Below are positions 1 through 8,604 of a stretch of DNA of 64,000 bases, piece by piece. How positions within the stretch are numbered: position 1 is the first letter of the stretch; each line of letters opens with the position of its first letter. The DNA comes from an uncultured bacterium (GTDB lineage: Bacteria > Myxococcota_A > UBA796 > CAJQPC01). Position numbers and translations under genes: made by a program. The notes under the pieces are model-generated. The model was given only the letters and a program-made list of their open reading frames with translations. It was not told the DNA's origin and searched no databases. The stretch spans positions 827 to 64,826 of the forward strand of contig CAJQPC010000032.1 in the NCBI GenBank assembly GCA_905480105.1, read 5' to 3'.

Positions 1-1897
1 ATGCCGGCGCCGCGACGCTGGGGTCCACGGTGCTCACGTCAGGGAAGCACTCGGGGCCCCGCGTTGTGCCCTGGGGCTCGTTGTTGTTCGCCAAAGCGCT
101 GGAGGTTCGTCCGCTGACGTTGGGCCGCCACCCTCCGATGTTTGGATCGAAAGGCATGACATCGACGATGGTCTGACCCGGCTGGCCACCGGGTCCACGG
201 GGGGAGTAGCCCTGGTTTCCGCCGCCCGAATACAGGTCTGTCGCACCCGCGGGAATCGCGCCTGGATAGGCGGTTGGATCCCCTCCGACTGGAGTAGCGA
301 CAGGCGCATTGGGCCCCTGGTGGTACTCGGTGCCCGGGGCCACTTCGATGACGGCCAAGGCGCCCGCCGGGTTCCACTCCGGTGGGAGCGCGCTGTCGTG
401 ACGGCCCTGGTTCAGGTTCTGAGGCACCCCCTCATTGAGGTACTGTCCCGTGGGCTGGGCGTCGTAGTAGAAATCCCCGTGGCGGCCAGAGCGGTTCTGG
501 AGGTGCATCTCATTGTTGCCGTACAGGCGCGTGGTGTAGGTGGTCCCGCTGGTCTCTCCGCTGGTGTAGGTCTGTCCGGTGAAGGTCTCGGAAGGACCTG
601 TCCCGGCCAGGGGACCTGTGCCGCCCGTGGAGGTGACCCCAGGGGCCGGCGTGCTGCCCAGCGGGCCCGGCGCGACCAAGTCCGCAGCGCTCACCCGGCT
701 GCGCATGTCGATGTGTCCCTCCAGCATGGTGTTGGCCCCGTGGCTGACCAAGTTGCCCGCCTGGCCGGTGGCGTTGGACACGTTCTGCTCCAGCGCCAAC
801 AGCTCCTCTTCCACCTGCGCCGGGTCGCCCTGACCGGAGACGATGCGGTGGTATCGAATGGCCGCAGCGGCCCCCTGAACCACCATGCCCAGGGCCGAGA
901 TCGCCAGGCCCACCATGCCCATCGTCGCGGCAATGCCGCCAATGGCAAAGCCCACGCCGGCGATGGCTGTGATCACCCCGGCCACAGCCAAGATCGACGC
1001 CACGATGCCCACCACGTCGCCCACGATCTGGAGCACCGTGCCGATGCAGTCCAGGAAGCTAACGATGTCCGAGAACATCGAGCCCCAAGGCTTCTCCGAG
1101 ATGGTCGCCACCTGATGCGCCAAGTCCATCGCCGCGAACACGCCGCCCACGATGGGCACCGCGGAGCCCAGAGAGCCACCCAACAGGCGCGCCCCCATCG
1201 TTCCACCACGGGCTGCGATCACCGGCCCCTGGCGGGCCAAGAGCGTGCCGCCCAGCTCCATGCCCATTCCAATGAGCGCGTCCTGTCCGCCAGAGACCAA
1301 GCCGTTGGTCACCGCCTCGTTCGCGCGACCGCGCCGGGAGTCCAGATTCAGCGCCTCTCCCGCCCCCGCCAGATCCGCGCTGCTGGAGCCCGGCGTGACC
1401 GGCCCGTTGACCCCTTGGGCCGGTACCCCGTTCAGAGGACCCTGGGACAGGCCCACCACCTCCAGGTTTTGGATGCGCGGGCCACCAATGCCCCAGTCTT
1501 CGGTCAGCACACACTGCGCCGCCAGATCATCCAGGGTGCCGGATCCAGCCCCCCCTCCGCCGCCACCACCACCACCGGCGCCTGGGGCCGCGCTCCCCCC
1601 GCCACCAGCGCCGCCTGGTGGCGCAGCCGAAGCCACCCCGCCACCGCCGATTTCTGGCCCTAGGCCCTCTTGCTCGGGGCCGGACTCCTCCTGCTCAGGC
1701 GCCGCCTCGGCCTTCTCGGCCCCGCTCTGAGCCCCTTGACCGCCCTGGTCTTGGGTTTGCTGGGCTGCAAGCTGCTCGGCAGCGAACTGGTTGCCCTCGG
1801 GGGCAATTCCCAGTTGATCCAACTGCTCTTGTTGGGGATCGACCAGAATCTGCTCAGATTCCTGCTGGCGACTGCGGGTCTGTTGGCTTTGGCCCAT
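1..1897 (-). CDS. Polymorphic-toxin-like protein, C-terminus cut by the window edge (absent from the ORF track because it has no stop in the window)
   Basis: Manual reverse-complement translation from ATG at 1897 stays open to position 1. It reads MGQSQQTRSRQQESEQ..., then a poly-Gly tract, then a Gly/Ala-rich hydrophobic block (IVGDVVGIVASILAVAGVITAIAGVGFAIGGIAATMGMVGLAISALGMVVQGAAAAI), then a globular region (GRHGDFYYD...GRHDSALPPEWNP...VIEVAPGTEYHQGPNAPV). Third codon positions are GC-rich. The 320..1663 + ORF is its antisense shadow. Confidence 0.6.
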   Translation of the reverse strand, partial: MGQSQQTRSRQQESEQILVDPQQEQLDQLGIAPEGNQFAAEQLAAQQTQDQGGQGAQSGAEKAEAAPEQEESGPEQEGLGPEIGGGGVASAAPPGGAGGGGSAAPGAGGGGGGGGGAGSGTLDDLAAQCVLTEDWGIGGPRIQNLEVVGLSQGPLNGVPAQGVNGPVTPGSSSADLAGAGEALNLDSRRGRANEAVTNGLVSGGQDALIGMGMELGGTLLARQGPVIAARGGTMGARLLGGSLGSAVPIVGGVFAAMDLAHQVATISEKPWGSMFSDIVSFLDCIGTVLQIVGDVVGIVASILAVAGVITAIAGVGFAIGGIAATMGMVGLAISALGMVVQGAAAAIRYHRIVSGQGDPAQVEEELLALEQNVSNATGQAGNLVSHGANTMLEGHIDMRSRVSAADLVAPGPLGSTPAPGVTSTGGTGPLAGTGPSETFTGQTYTSGETSGTTYTTRLYGNNEMHLQNRSGRHGDFYYDAQPTGQYLNEGVPQNLNQGRHDSALPPEWNPAGALAVIEVAPGTEYHQGPNAPVATPVGGDPTAYPGAIPAGATDLYSGGGNQGYSPRGPGGQPGQTIVDVMPFDPNIGGWRPNVSGRTSSALANNNEPQGTTRGPECFPDVSTVDPSVAAPA

Positions 1898-1952
1898 GAC
1901 ACTTTTCTCTGGCGACACGGAGAGTTTAGACCAAACACCGGCGGCTCTCCTC

Positions 1953-2606
1953 TCAAAACTCCAACAGAGTCTCCTGCAGCGCCGCCATAGAGTGCACCAC
2001 CTCCCAGCGCGCCAGTCCCTCCGCCCCGTGCATGCCCCAGGAAACCCCCACGGCCCGCACGCCGGCTGCATCGGCCATCTCCAGATCAAAGTGGGTGTCC
2101 CCCACCATCACGGCCTTGTCCGGCGCCACGCCAAGCTCGCGTAGCACGTGCTCGATCATGTCGGGGTTGGGCTTGGGCCGGGCCACCGTGTCATGTCCGA
2201 CGACCAGATCGAAGTAAGGAAAGAGCCCGCTGCGGGTCAGGCTGGCATCGGCCCCAGACTGGGTCTTGCTGGTCGCAATGGCCAACTTGTAGGCGCCGAG
2301 CATGGACAGCATGGCCGGGACCCCATCAAAGAGCCGGGTGTGTTCCCGATCAATGGGGATGTAGGCGCCCCGGTAGGCTTGAACCAGGGCATCGATCTGC
2401 GCCACCGACAGGGCGCCCTGGCCGTTGACCGGCGGCAAGCTCCTGGGGAACATCTCCACCAAGGGCAGCCCGATCAGGGGCGCGATGGTCTCAGAGCTAG
2501 GCTCGGGGAATCCCAACTCCCGACAGGCATGCTGAAAGGTTAAGACAATGCTTGTCTTTGAGTCGGACAATGTGCCGTCAAAGTCGAAGATGATGAGCTC
2601 GTTCAC
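1953..2606 (-). CDS. HAD-IA family hydrolase (phosphoglycolate phosphatase-like)
   Basis: DxDGT motif in LIIFDFDGTLSDS, plus GDTHFDLEMA near the C-terminus. Start moved to GTG at 2606, which has AAGGAGA 7 nt upstream and puts the DxD motif about 7 residues from the N-terminus. The track start at 2678 is probably too long. Confidence 0.8.
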   Translation of the reverse strand: MNELIIFDFDGTLSDSKTSIVLTFQHACRELGFPEPSSETIAPLIGLPLVEMFPRSLPPVNGQGALSVAQIDALVQAYRGAYIPIDREHTRLFDGVPAMLSMLGAYKLAIATSKTQSGADASLTRSGLFPYFDLVVGHDTVARPKPNPDMIEHVLRELGVAPDKAVMVGDTHFDLEMADAAGVRAVGVSWGMHGAEGLARWEVVHSMAALQETLLEF

Positions 2607-2640
2607 GGGCTGGTCTCCTTTGGGATGTACCCTTAGCCCC

Positions 2641-3318
2641 ATGCGCACACCCCAGATCAGCTTTTGCTTCGATGTCATCTCTCCCTACGCCTGGATCGCG
2701 AGCAAACGCATCCGAGCCTTCGCTGCCCGCCACGGCGCCGCTCTCCAAGCCAAACCGGTGCTCTTGGGCGCGATCTTGACCCACCATGGCTCACTGGGAC
2801 CAGCAGAGCTGCCCGCAAAACGGGCCTACACCTGGCGGGATGCCCACCGGTGTGCGGCCGAGCACGGTCTTGATTTAGAAGGTCCCGCGCGCCACCCCTT
2901 TAACCCTCTCCTGGCCCTGCGAGCCTGCACCCGGGCGGCTGCTGGCGCGGAGCAGTGGAAGGTCATCGACGCTGTCTTTGACGCCGGATGGGCAAAGGGT
3001 GCCGACCTGAGCGATGCCAAAGCCTTGGGCGCAGCACTGGACGCCGCCGGCCTGGATGGGGCCATGATCTTGGCGGCTGCCGTCACCCCCGCCGCCAAAC
3101 GGGCGCTCAAAGAAAACACCATCCAGGCGGTCAACGCCGGGGTCTTTGGCGTGCCCAGCTTCATTGTGAAAGGGGAGCTCTTCTGGGGCAACGACCGCTT
3201 TGAGCACATGGCTGCCTTTCTGGCTGGGGATGACCCCGTGGACCCCAAGCGCATCACCGCCCAGCTGCAGCGGCCGGGTGACCACAGGCCAGCCAGCCGG
3301 GTCGAACGTACGGGATGA
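2641..3318 (+). CDS. 2-hydroxychromene-2-carboxylate isomerase / DsbA-like thioredoxin-fold protein
   Basis: MRTPQISFCFDVISPYAW at the N-terminus and FGVPSFIVKGELFWGNDRF near the C-terminus are typical of the HCCA isomerase family. Start set at the internal ATG at 2641. Confidence 0.8.
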   Translation: MRTPQISFCFDVISPYAWIASKRIRAFAARHGAALQAKPVLLGAILTHHGSLGPAELPAKRAYTWRDAHRCAAEHGLDLEGPARHPFNPLLALRACTRAAAGAEQWKVIDAVFDAGWAKGADLSDAKALGAALDAAGLDGAMILAAAVTPAAKRALKENTIQAVNAGVFGVPSFIVKGELFWGNDRFEHMAAFLAGDDPVDPKRITAQLQRPGDHRPASRVERTG

Positions 3319-3827
3319 TTGCCAATCGACGCGATGTGGGCCGGAGCATCCACGCGCTCTCCGGAAAAGGCTTGCTGCGCCAAGGCGTGCTCTGGCGCAG
3401 TGGCAAACTGGACCACCTGACATCGACTGCGGAGCTCGGAGACGTCCGTGAGGTGATCAACCTGCGCGAGGAAGTGGATCCGGTGCTGCGAGCCAAGGTC
3501 CACCACCTGCCCATCGCTGACACCTTGGCGGTCTACCAGGTCCGTGAAAACCTGCCTTGGATCTCGACGATTCATGCCGCTCTCGCCCTAGGCAAGGGCC
3601 CAGTCCTGATCCACTGTGCCGCAGGAACCGACCGAACGGGGGTGGCCGTGGCCAGTGTGCTGATGGCCCTAGAAGTGCACCCGAAGTGGATCCTGGCGGA
3701 CTACCTAAAGAGCCCACCCGCGACCCATCCCGAGCGCATGGCCCAGGTGCTACAGACCCTGGCAGCCTGGGAGAGTCCCCACCGAGACGCCCTTCGCGTG
3801 CGCTTTGGTGGAACCGGAGTCCAGTGA
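3315..3827 (+). CDS. Protein tyrosine/serine phosphatase (Y_phosphatase3-like)
   Basis: CX5R active-site loop HCAAGTDRTG. INLREE motif upstream. ATGA start/stop overlap with the preceding gene. Confidence 0.75.
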   Translation: MIANRRDVGRSIHALSGKGLLRQGVLWRSGKLDHLTSTAELGDVREVINLREEVDPVLRAKVHHLPIADTLAVYQVRENLPWISTIHAALALGKGPVLIHCAAGTDRTGVAVASVLMALEVHPKWILADYLKSPPATHPERMAQVLQTLAAWESPHRDALRVRFGGTGVQ

Positions 3828-3915
3828 GCTGGCTCAGCCCCTGCGGCACTTTGGCCACAGAACACGCCGACAGACTGGGCCAGCGCGCTCACTTGGGCCC
3901 AGTGTCAGACAGACC

Positions 3916-4959
3916 CTATGGGCAGCCTGGACCCTCGCAGGAGCTCCCTACTTCGCAGTAGCGCAAGCTCTTCTTGCCCTTGGTCACGCCATCACAGTCT
4001 GCGCTGCATGCCGTGCTGCCGTCGCGGCCGTCGCAAGACTCGCCATCATCACAGGTGCCATCGCCACAGGTGCTAGCCGTGCCGGTGTCGACAGTGCCGG
4101 TGTCGACAGTTCCAGTGTCTACGGTTCCAGTGTCCACGACCTCCCCAGCGAAGGTGTTGATCCAGGACTCGAATGCGTCGGGGCGGGTGCTCACACCGTA
4201 GACCGAGCAAGTGCTGTCACCGTAGCTGGTCACGCCGGCCACGTAGGCTACACCCGAGCGCTCGATAAACATCGGTCCGCCGCTGTCTCCAAAGCAGGGG
4301 CCAGAGGTGGGCTGGCTGTAGGAAACCTGGGTGGCGGTGTCACCGGAGCCGTTGCAGCCGCTGACCGCGCAGCCCATGCCGCCGATGCTTCCATCTACCT
4401 GCATCAAGACACCGCTGGAGCCGGTCTCGGTCTGGCCAAAGCCGGCGAAGTTGACGGTCACGCCTGCATCACTGTTGCTCAGGGCCAGACTGGCTGGCAG
4501 GAAGGGCACCGGGGTGGCCTCGGTCACGGCAGACGAGAGCTGGATCAGGGCGATATCGTCGGTGAGTCCCTGCCGGTCGTAGCTGCTGTAGATCTCCACG
4601 TCGGTCACGGTGTAGAGGTGCGAGAGGATGTCCACGGAGGGGTCCTCACCCACATAGATGGCCAAGCCCGAGGGGCTCATCTCGCTGTACCTCTTCCCGC
4701 GCCTCGCGGTGTCCAGGCAGTGTGCCGCGGTGAGCACGACGCTCTCCGTGATCAGGGTGCCGGAGCAGAAGGGGCTGGTGTAGACCGAGCCGCCGGAGAG
4801 CTGATGCAGAGCGACCGTGGCGGACTGGAAGACCTGGTCGGGGGCCGCGCCACCGTAGATCTTGCCCACTGAGTCCGTGCCCACTCCGTCGATGGCCACC
4901 AGCTCAACAGAAGAGCAACCGACCAGGGCAAGAAGGAGAGGAAAGACAAAGTGACGCAT
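3916..4959 (-). CDS. Trypsin-like (S1) serine protease lipoprotein with repeat linker and Cys-rich C-terminal tail
   Basis: Lipobox LLLALVGCSS. Catalytic motifs LTAAHC, DIALI and GDSGGP. VDTGT x4 linker. Tail CGDGTCDDGESCDGRDGSTACSADCDG. Start set at Met25 of the track ORF (4959). Confidence 0.85.
   Translation of the reverse strand: MRHFVFPLLLALVGCSSVELVAIDGVGTDSVGKIYGGAAPDQVFQSATVALHQLSGGSVYTSPFCSGTLITESVVLTAAHCLDTARRGKRYSEMSPSGLAIYVGEDPSVDILSHLYTVTDVEIYSSYDRQGLTDDIALIQLSSAVTEATPVPFLPASLALSNSDAGVTVNFAGFGQTETGSSGVLMQVDGSIGGMGCAVSGCNGSGDTATQVSYSQPTSGPCFGDSGGPMFIERSGVAYVAGVTSYGDSTCSVYGVSTRPDAFESWINTFAGEVVDTGTVDTGTVDTGTVDTGTASTCGDGTCDDGESCDGRDGSTACSADCDGVTKGKKSLRYCEVGSSCEGPGCP
4081..4140. repeat. 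4 x 15-bp tandem repeat encoding (VDTGT)4 in the protease linker
   Basis: gccggtgtcgacagt / gccggtgtcgacagt / tccagtgtctacggt / tccagtgtccacgac, read directly. Confidence 0.9.
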
Positions 4960-5193
4960 GGTGGCCTTAGGGCTGAGAAGATTCAGCGGCTGGTGGATGA
5001 ACGCCGACAGCGTAGCACTTTGGTCCACCATTTCCTAACGCCAAAGTCTGCTCTCTCTACGAGCCTCGCGCCTGACCCCTCACCCCAAAAAGGCCATCGT
5101 TCCAGGCGGTGAGCTGTCTACCTGAGCAAGCCAGACGACATGAACACCCCTGTGGCCCAGATCCAGCACGCCTTGGCACGTTAGGCGTGGTCC

Positions 5194-5916
5194 ATGACCA
5201 CTCTCATGCTCCACAGCTCCGGCACCGGACCCCGCCAGTTCAAAGCCTTTGAGTCCCGCATTCAGGGGCGGCTGATCTGCCCGGATCTTCGTGCCCGCTG
5301 GCCCCAAGCCGACCAGAGCTGGAGCATCGATCAAGACCTGGAGAAGGTCTTGGAAGAGGTAGACCAAAGCCACGGTCCATTAGACATTGTCGGCCACTCC
5401 TACGGGGGTGTTTTGGGCATGCGCGTGGCCCTGGCCCGACCGGACCGCACCCGAAAAATCTGGGTACACGAGCCGGTGCTCTGGGGCTGCTACAGGGCCC
5501 TGGCCACCCCAAGAGAGGTCCAGGACTTTGACGCTCTGGTCGCCCCATTCATTCCCTATGAGCGCTCTGGGACCCGGGATTGGATGCTGGAGTTCGTGAA
5601 TTTCTGGAGCGGCCCCGGCACTTTCCAGGCCCTGCCACAGCCCGCTCAGGACGACTTGGTGGCCCAATCCCACAAGCTCTTCGCCCAGGTCGTTGGCCTG
5701 CTCGCGGACGACACCGGCCCCCAGATCTGGGCGCCCCTGCCGCCCTTCACCGTCTCGATAGGCCGCACCGCGCCCCTGCCACAGCGTCGCTCCATGAGCC
5801 TGCTAGCCTGCGCTCTACCCCAGGCCACCCTGGTGGAGCTACCCGGCGGACACATGGGTCCAGTCACCCATCCACTGGCCTTTGCCCGAGCAGTAAAGAC
5901 CGCCTTGGACGCCTAA
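5194..5916 (+). CDS. Alpha/beta-fold hydrolase
   Basis: Nucleophile elbow VGHSYGG. C-terminal GGHMGP region typical of the catalytic His neighbourhood. Confidence 0.7.
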   Translation: MTTLMLHSSGTGPRQFKAFESRIQGRLICPDLRARWPQADQSWSIDQDLEKVLEEVDQSHGPLDIVGHSYGGVLGMRVALARPDRTRKIWVHEPVLWGCYRALATPREVQDFDALVAPFIPYERSGTRDWMLEFVNFWSGPGTFQALPQPAQDDLVAQSHKLFAQVVGLLADDTGPQIWAPLPPFTVSIGRTAPLPQRRSMSLLACALPQATLVELPGGHMGPVTHPLAFARAVKTALDA

Positions 5917-5924
5917 CAAGCGCG

Positions 5925-6470
5925 CTAAAAGCTCCAGCTCCAGCCAGCCGAGACCGCAGAGAACCCACGGATCTCACCCCGCTCGGCCTGCACCCAACCA
6001 CCGCTGCTGTGGGCCACTCCGAAACGCAGGGCCGGGGCCAAATTCAGGCTGCCGTTCGCAATGCTGGACCCGGTCGTCGACAGGCCCAGACTGCCAGCCA
6101 CTGACCACTGATCTCCGGCCCACATCAGCGTCCCCTTGGGGATCAAAGACAGGGACGTGCGCCGACAACTGCTGCCGCAGTCCAGACTGCTGTCCATGTT
6201 CAGAACGCCTCGGCTCACATCCAAGCCTGGGGCGAAGCTCCACGCCCCCTTGATCGGCAGACTCTTGGCCACCCCGATCACCCCAGCGCCGCTGATGGGC
6301 TCGCTGAGAGGAAGGATCACCCCCCGCAGGCGCAGGAGCCCCGGGTTCCCGACCAAGCTTAGCTCCGCGTTCACCCCCAAACGCTCGCTTACCGCCCCCG
6401 AGGTCCCCGTAGTGAGCACGCCAACATGGGCGCTGTGAGCAGAGGCAAGGGAGACCAAGAGCAGGAGCAT
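5925..6470 (-). CDS. Small outer-membrane beta-barrel-like protein
   Basis: Signal peptide MLLLLVSLASAHSA. Alternating hydrophobic/Gly-Ser pattern. C-terminal ...GWSWSF ends in an aromatic residue. GGAGG lies about 13 nt upstream of the ATG at 6470. Confidence 0.5.
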   Translation of the reverse strand: MLLLLVSLASAHSAHVGVLTTGTSGAVSERLGVNAELSLVGNPGLLRLRGVILPLSEPISGAGVIGVAKSLPIKGAWSFAPGLDVSRGVLNMDSSLDCGSSCRRTSLSLIPKGTLMWAGDQWSVAGSLGLSTTGSSIANGSLNLAPALRFGVAHSSGGWVQAERGEIRGFSAVSAGWSWSF

Positions 6471-6607
6471 GACCGCAGCCTGCCTCCAAAGACTTGCCCT
6501 GTCAAGAGTCGCAGACCTTGTCCCATTCGGAGTCCGCCCGAACCAGCAACAGTCCGCAGAGACCCAAGTCCATTGGCAATTCGGCCTTGGGGGACTAGGA
6601 TCCAAGG

Positions 6608-7159
6608 ATGCAGATTGCCATTCTCATCGCCTTGGCCGTGCTCGGCCTCCTCTGTCTTGTTGGAACCGCCCTGGGACTGCCGGGTCACTGGGTGCTGCTC
6701 CTGCTTGCCATTGGTGTGGAGCTGGGAGACGTGAAGTGGTTGCCAGAGGGACAAGACACCACCTTCGGCTGGGGCTTGATTGTGGCCATCTTGGTCCTGG
6801 GCCTCATCGGCGAGGCCATAGAGTTCGGCGCCGCCAGCTTCGGCGTGAAGAAAGGCGGCGGGAGCAAACGTGGGGCCTGGGGTGGACTCTTGGGCGGACT
6901 GCTCGGCGGACTCTTGGGCATCGCCATTCCCGTTCCCATCGTGGGCAGCTTGATCGGCGCCTTTATCGGCACCTTTGCCGGCACCTTGGTCGCCGAGTCC
7001 ACCGGCAAAAACGCCAAACTGACCAAAGATTCCCTCAAGCCAGCCCTGTGGGCAACACTCGGCAGGGCCGGTGGAACCGCCGCCAAGCTGGTGATTACCC
7101 TGAGCTCTCTCATCCTACTCCTGGCCATTCCAATCCTGCGGGGCCTGCTGAACACCTGA
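6608..7159 (+). CDS. DUF456-like integral membrane protein
   Basis: N-terminal TM followed by the GLPGHW motif. Gly-rich loops and several TM segments. Confidence 0.7.
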   Translation: MQIAILIALAVLGLLCLVGTALGLPGHWVLLLLAIGVELGDVKWLPEGQDTTFGWGLIVAILVLGLIGEAIEFGAASFGVKKGGGSKRGAWGGLLGGLLGGLLGIAIPVPIVGSLIGAFIGTFAGTLVAESTGKNAKLTKDSLKPALWATLGRAGGTAAKLVITLSSLILLLAIPILRGLLNT

Positions 7160-7272
7160 GCAGTTGTCCACAGGTGTGGATCAGTCTGTGGACACAGAAA
7201 CAAAGCACCGATCCGCCCGGGCCTTTGATCTCTTGGTCGATGCGCACTGGGTCCGCGGGGTAGCCTACCGCC

Positions 7273-8157
7273 ATGCCTGACTTAGACTCCCTGCGCTGCT
7301 TTGTGGCTGCCGCCACCCACCCCAGCTTCAAGGCCGCTGCAAAGCAGGTGGCGCTGTCTCCGGGAGCCTTCTCCGACCGCATCAAGGGCCTGGAGTCCAC
7401 CGTTGGCGCCCAGCTCTTTATACGCAGCACGCGCAGCATCAGCCTGACCTTGGCTGGGCTGGCCCTTCTGCCCCAAGCCCGGGCCACACTCGACGCCGCA
7501 GCAAAGTGCCTGGAAGTGGTCAGCGGCGGCATTCCTCCTTTCAAGCTCTCCCTGGGCACCCGCTTTGAGCTGGGGTTGAGTTGGCTACTTCCCTCCTTAG
7601 ACACGCTAAGCCAAGAGCGCCCAGAGCGAAGCATTGACCTGATCTTTGGTGACACCACTGATCTGATCGAGGCCCTACGCCAAGGGCGTGCTGACGCCGT
7701 GGTGGGCAGCATGCGCCTGAACATGCCGCGCCTGCGCTACGCCCTGCTTCATGAGGAGCAGTACTGCCTGGTCGCCCATCCCGATCTGCTGGCCCGCACC
7801 CCCCTGGACGTGCCTGCCCACGCTGCCGCACACACCGTCATTGACGGCGCCGCCGACCTGCCGCTGCTGCGCTACTGGATGGACGCCCTGCCGCCCGAGG
7901 AGCGCTGGAGCTTTGGTCGCACCAGCGTGATGGGCACCATCGCTGCGATTCGTCAGCGCATCTTGGGTCAGCATGGGGTTGGGGTGCTGCCCAAATACTT
8001 CGTGACCCCCGATCTGGATGCTGGAGCCCTGGTTCAGGTGGCCCCGCAGTTCCAGGCCCGCAGCGACTGGTTTCGGCTGATCTGGCGAGAGGGACATCCA
8101 CAGGAGGTGGAGCTCTTGGCCGTGGCGCAGCACCTAAGGGCCCTGCCGCTGCGATAG
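7273..8157 (+). CDS. LysR-family transcriptional regulator
   Basis: N-terminal HTH LDSLRCFVAAATHPSFKAAAKQVALSPGAFSDRIKGLE. About 290 aa with a LysR substrate-binding-type C-terminus. Confidence 0.9.
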   Translation: MPDLDSLRCFVAAATHPSFKAAAKQVALSPGAFSDRIKGLESTVGAQLFIRSTRSISLTLAGLALLPQARATLDAAAKCLEVVSGGIPPFKLSLGTRFELGLSWLLPSLDTLSQERPERSIDLIFGDTTDLIEALRQGRADAVVGSMRLNMPRLRYALLHEEQYCLVAHPDLLARTPLDVPAHAAAHTVIDGAADLPLLRYWMDALPPEERWSFGRTSVMGTIAAIRQRILGQHGVGVLPKYFVTPDLDAGALVQVAPQFQARSDWFRLIWREGHPQEVELLAVAQHLRALPLR

Positions 8158-8204
8158 ACAGCCGGGGCGCATCCCCTAAAACATGATGGGATGACGTGGG
8201 GAGT

Positions 8205-8570
8205 TTAAGACGAAGCCTTGGCCTTGAAGGCATCCCACTTGCCCTGCCAAGCATTCTTGGCCTCCCACATGGAGAACCCCACAAGGGGCAAGGCCAGCAC
8301 ATAGCCCACGCCACAGGTCAGGGTGCCCAGCACAACCACAGCGGCTCCCCCCAACAAGTGGGTCAGGCTGGCCCGACCTGCGTGACGGGCGACAAAGGGG
8401 CTGGAACCTCGAAAGAGCAGCCAGATCACTGGGGCAGCCAGACCCATCGAGAAGAGAATGCTGACGTGGGCCATGGCCGACATCCACTTCTCTCGCTCCG
8501 TGGGGTCGTAGCGGACCACGGCGTCAGAACCGCGCTTGGCGGGCAGGAAGGGATTGTCGGACACAGGCAC
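8205..8570 (-). CDS. DUF4870-like small membrane protein
   Basis: EREKWMSAMAHVSILF...FVARHAGRASLTHLL pattern with 3 TM helices. Confidence 0.6.
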   Translation of the reverse strand: MPVSDNPFLPAKRGSDAVVRYDPTEREKWMSAMAHVSILFSMGLAAPVIWLLFRGSSPFVARHAGRASLTHLLGGAAVVVLGTLTCGVGYVLALPLVGFSMWEAKNAWQGKWDAFKAKASS

Positions 8571-8604
8571 TCCAGGTCAGGCACAAGACGGGTGGGGAGG
8601 CAAA

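Noticed and set aside
320-1663. 447-aa plus-strand ORF at the window start
   Set aside because: It is Arg/Gly/His/Ala-rich with no motifs, and it lies exactly antisense to the coherent minus-strand toxin-like frame. This is a typical high-GC shadow ORF.
2640-2643. Divergent genes sharing a CATG as overlapping ATG starts
   Set aside because: The HAD gene more likely starts at the downstream GTG at 2606, which has a strong AAGGAGA site. The apparent start overlap is probably an artefact of taking the longest ORF.
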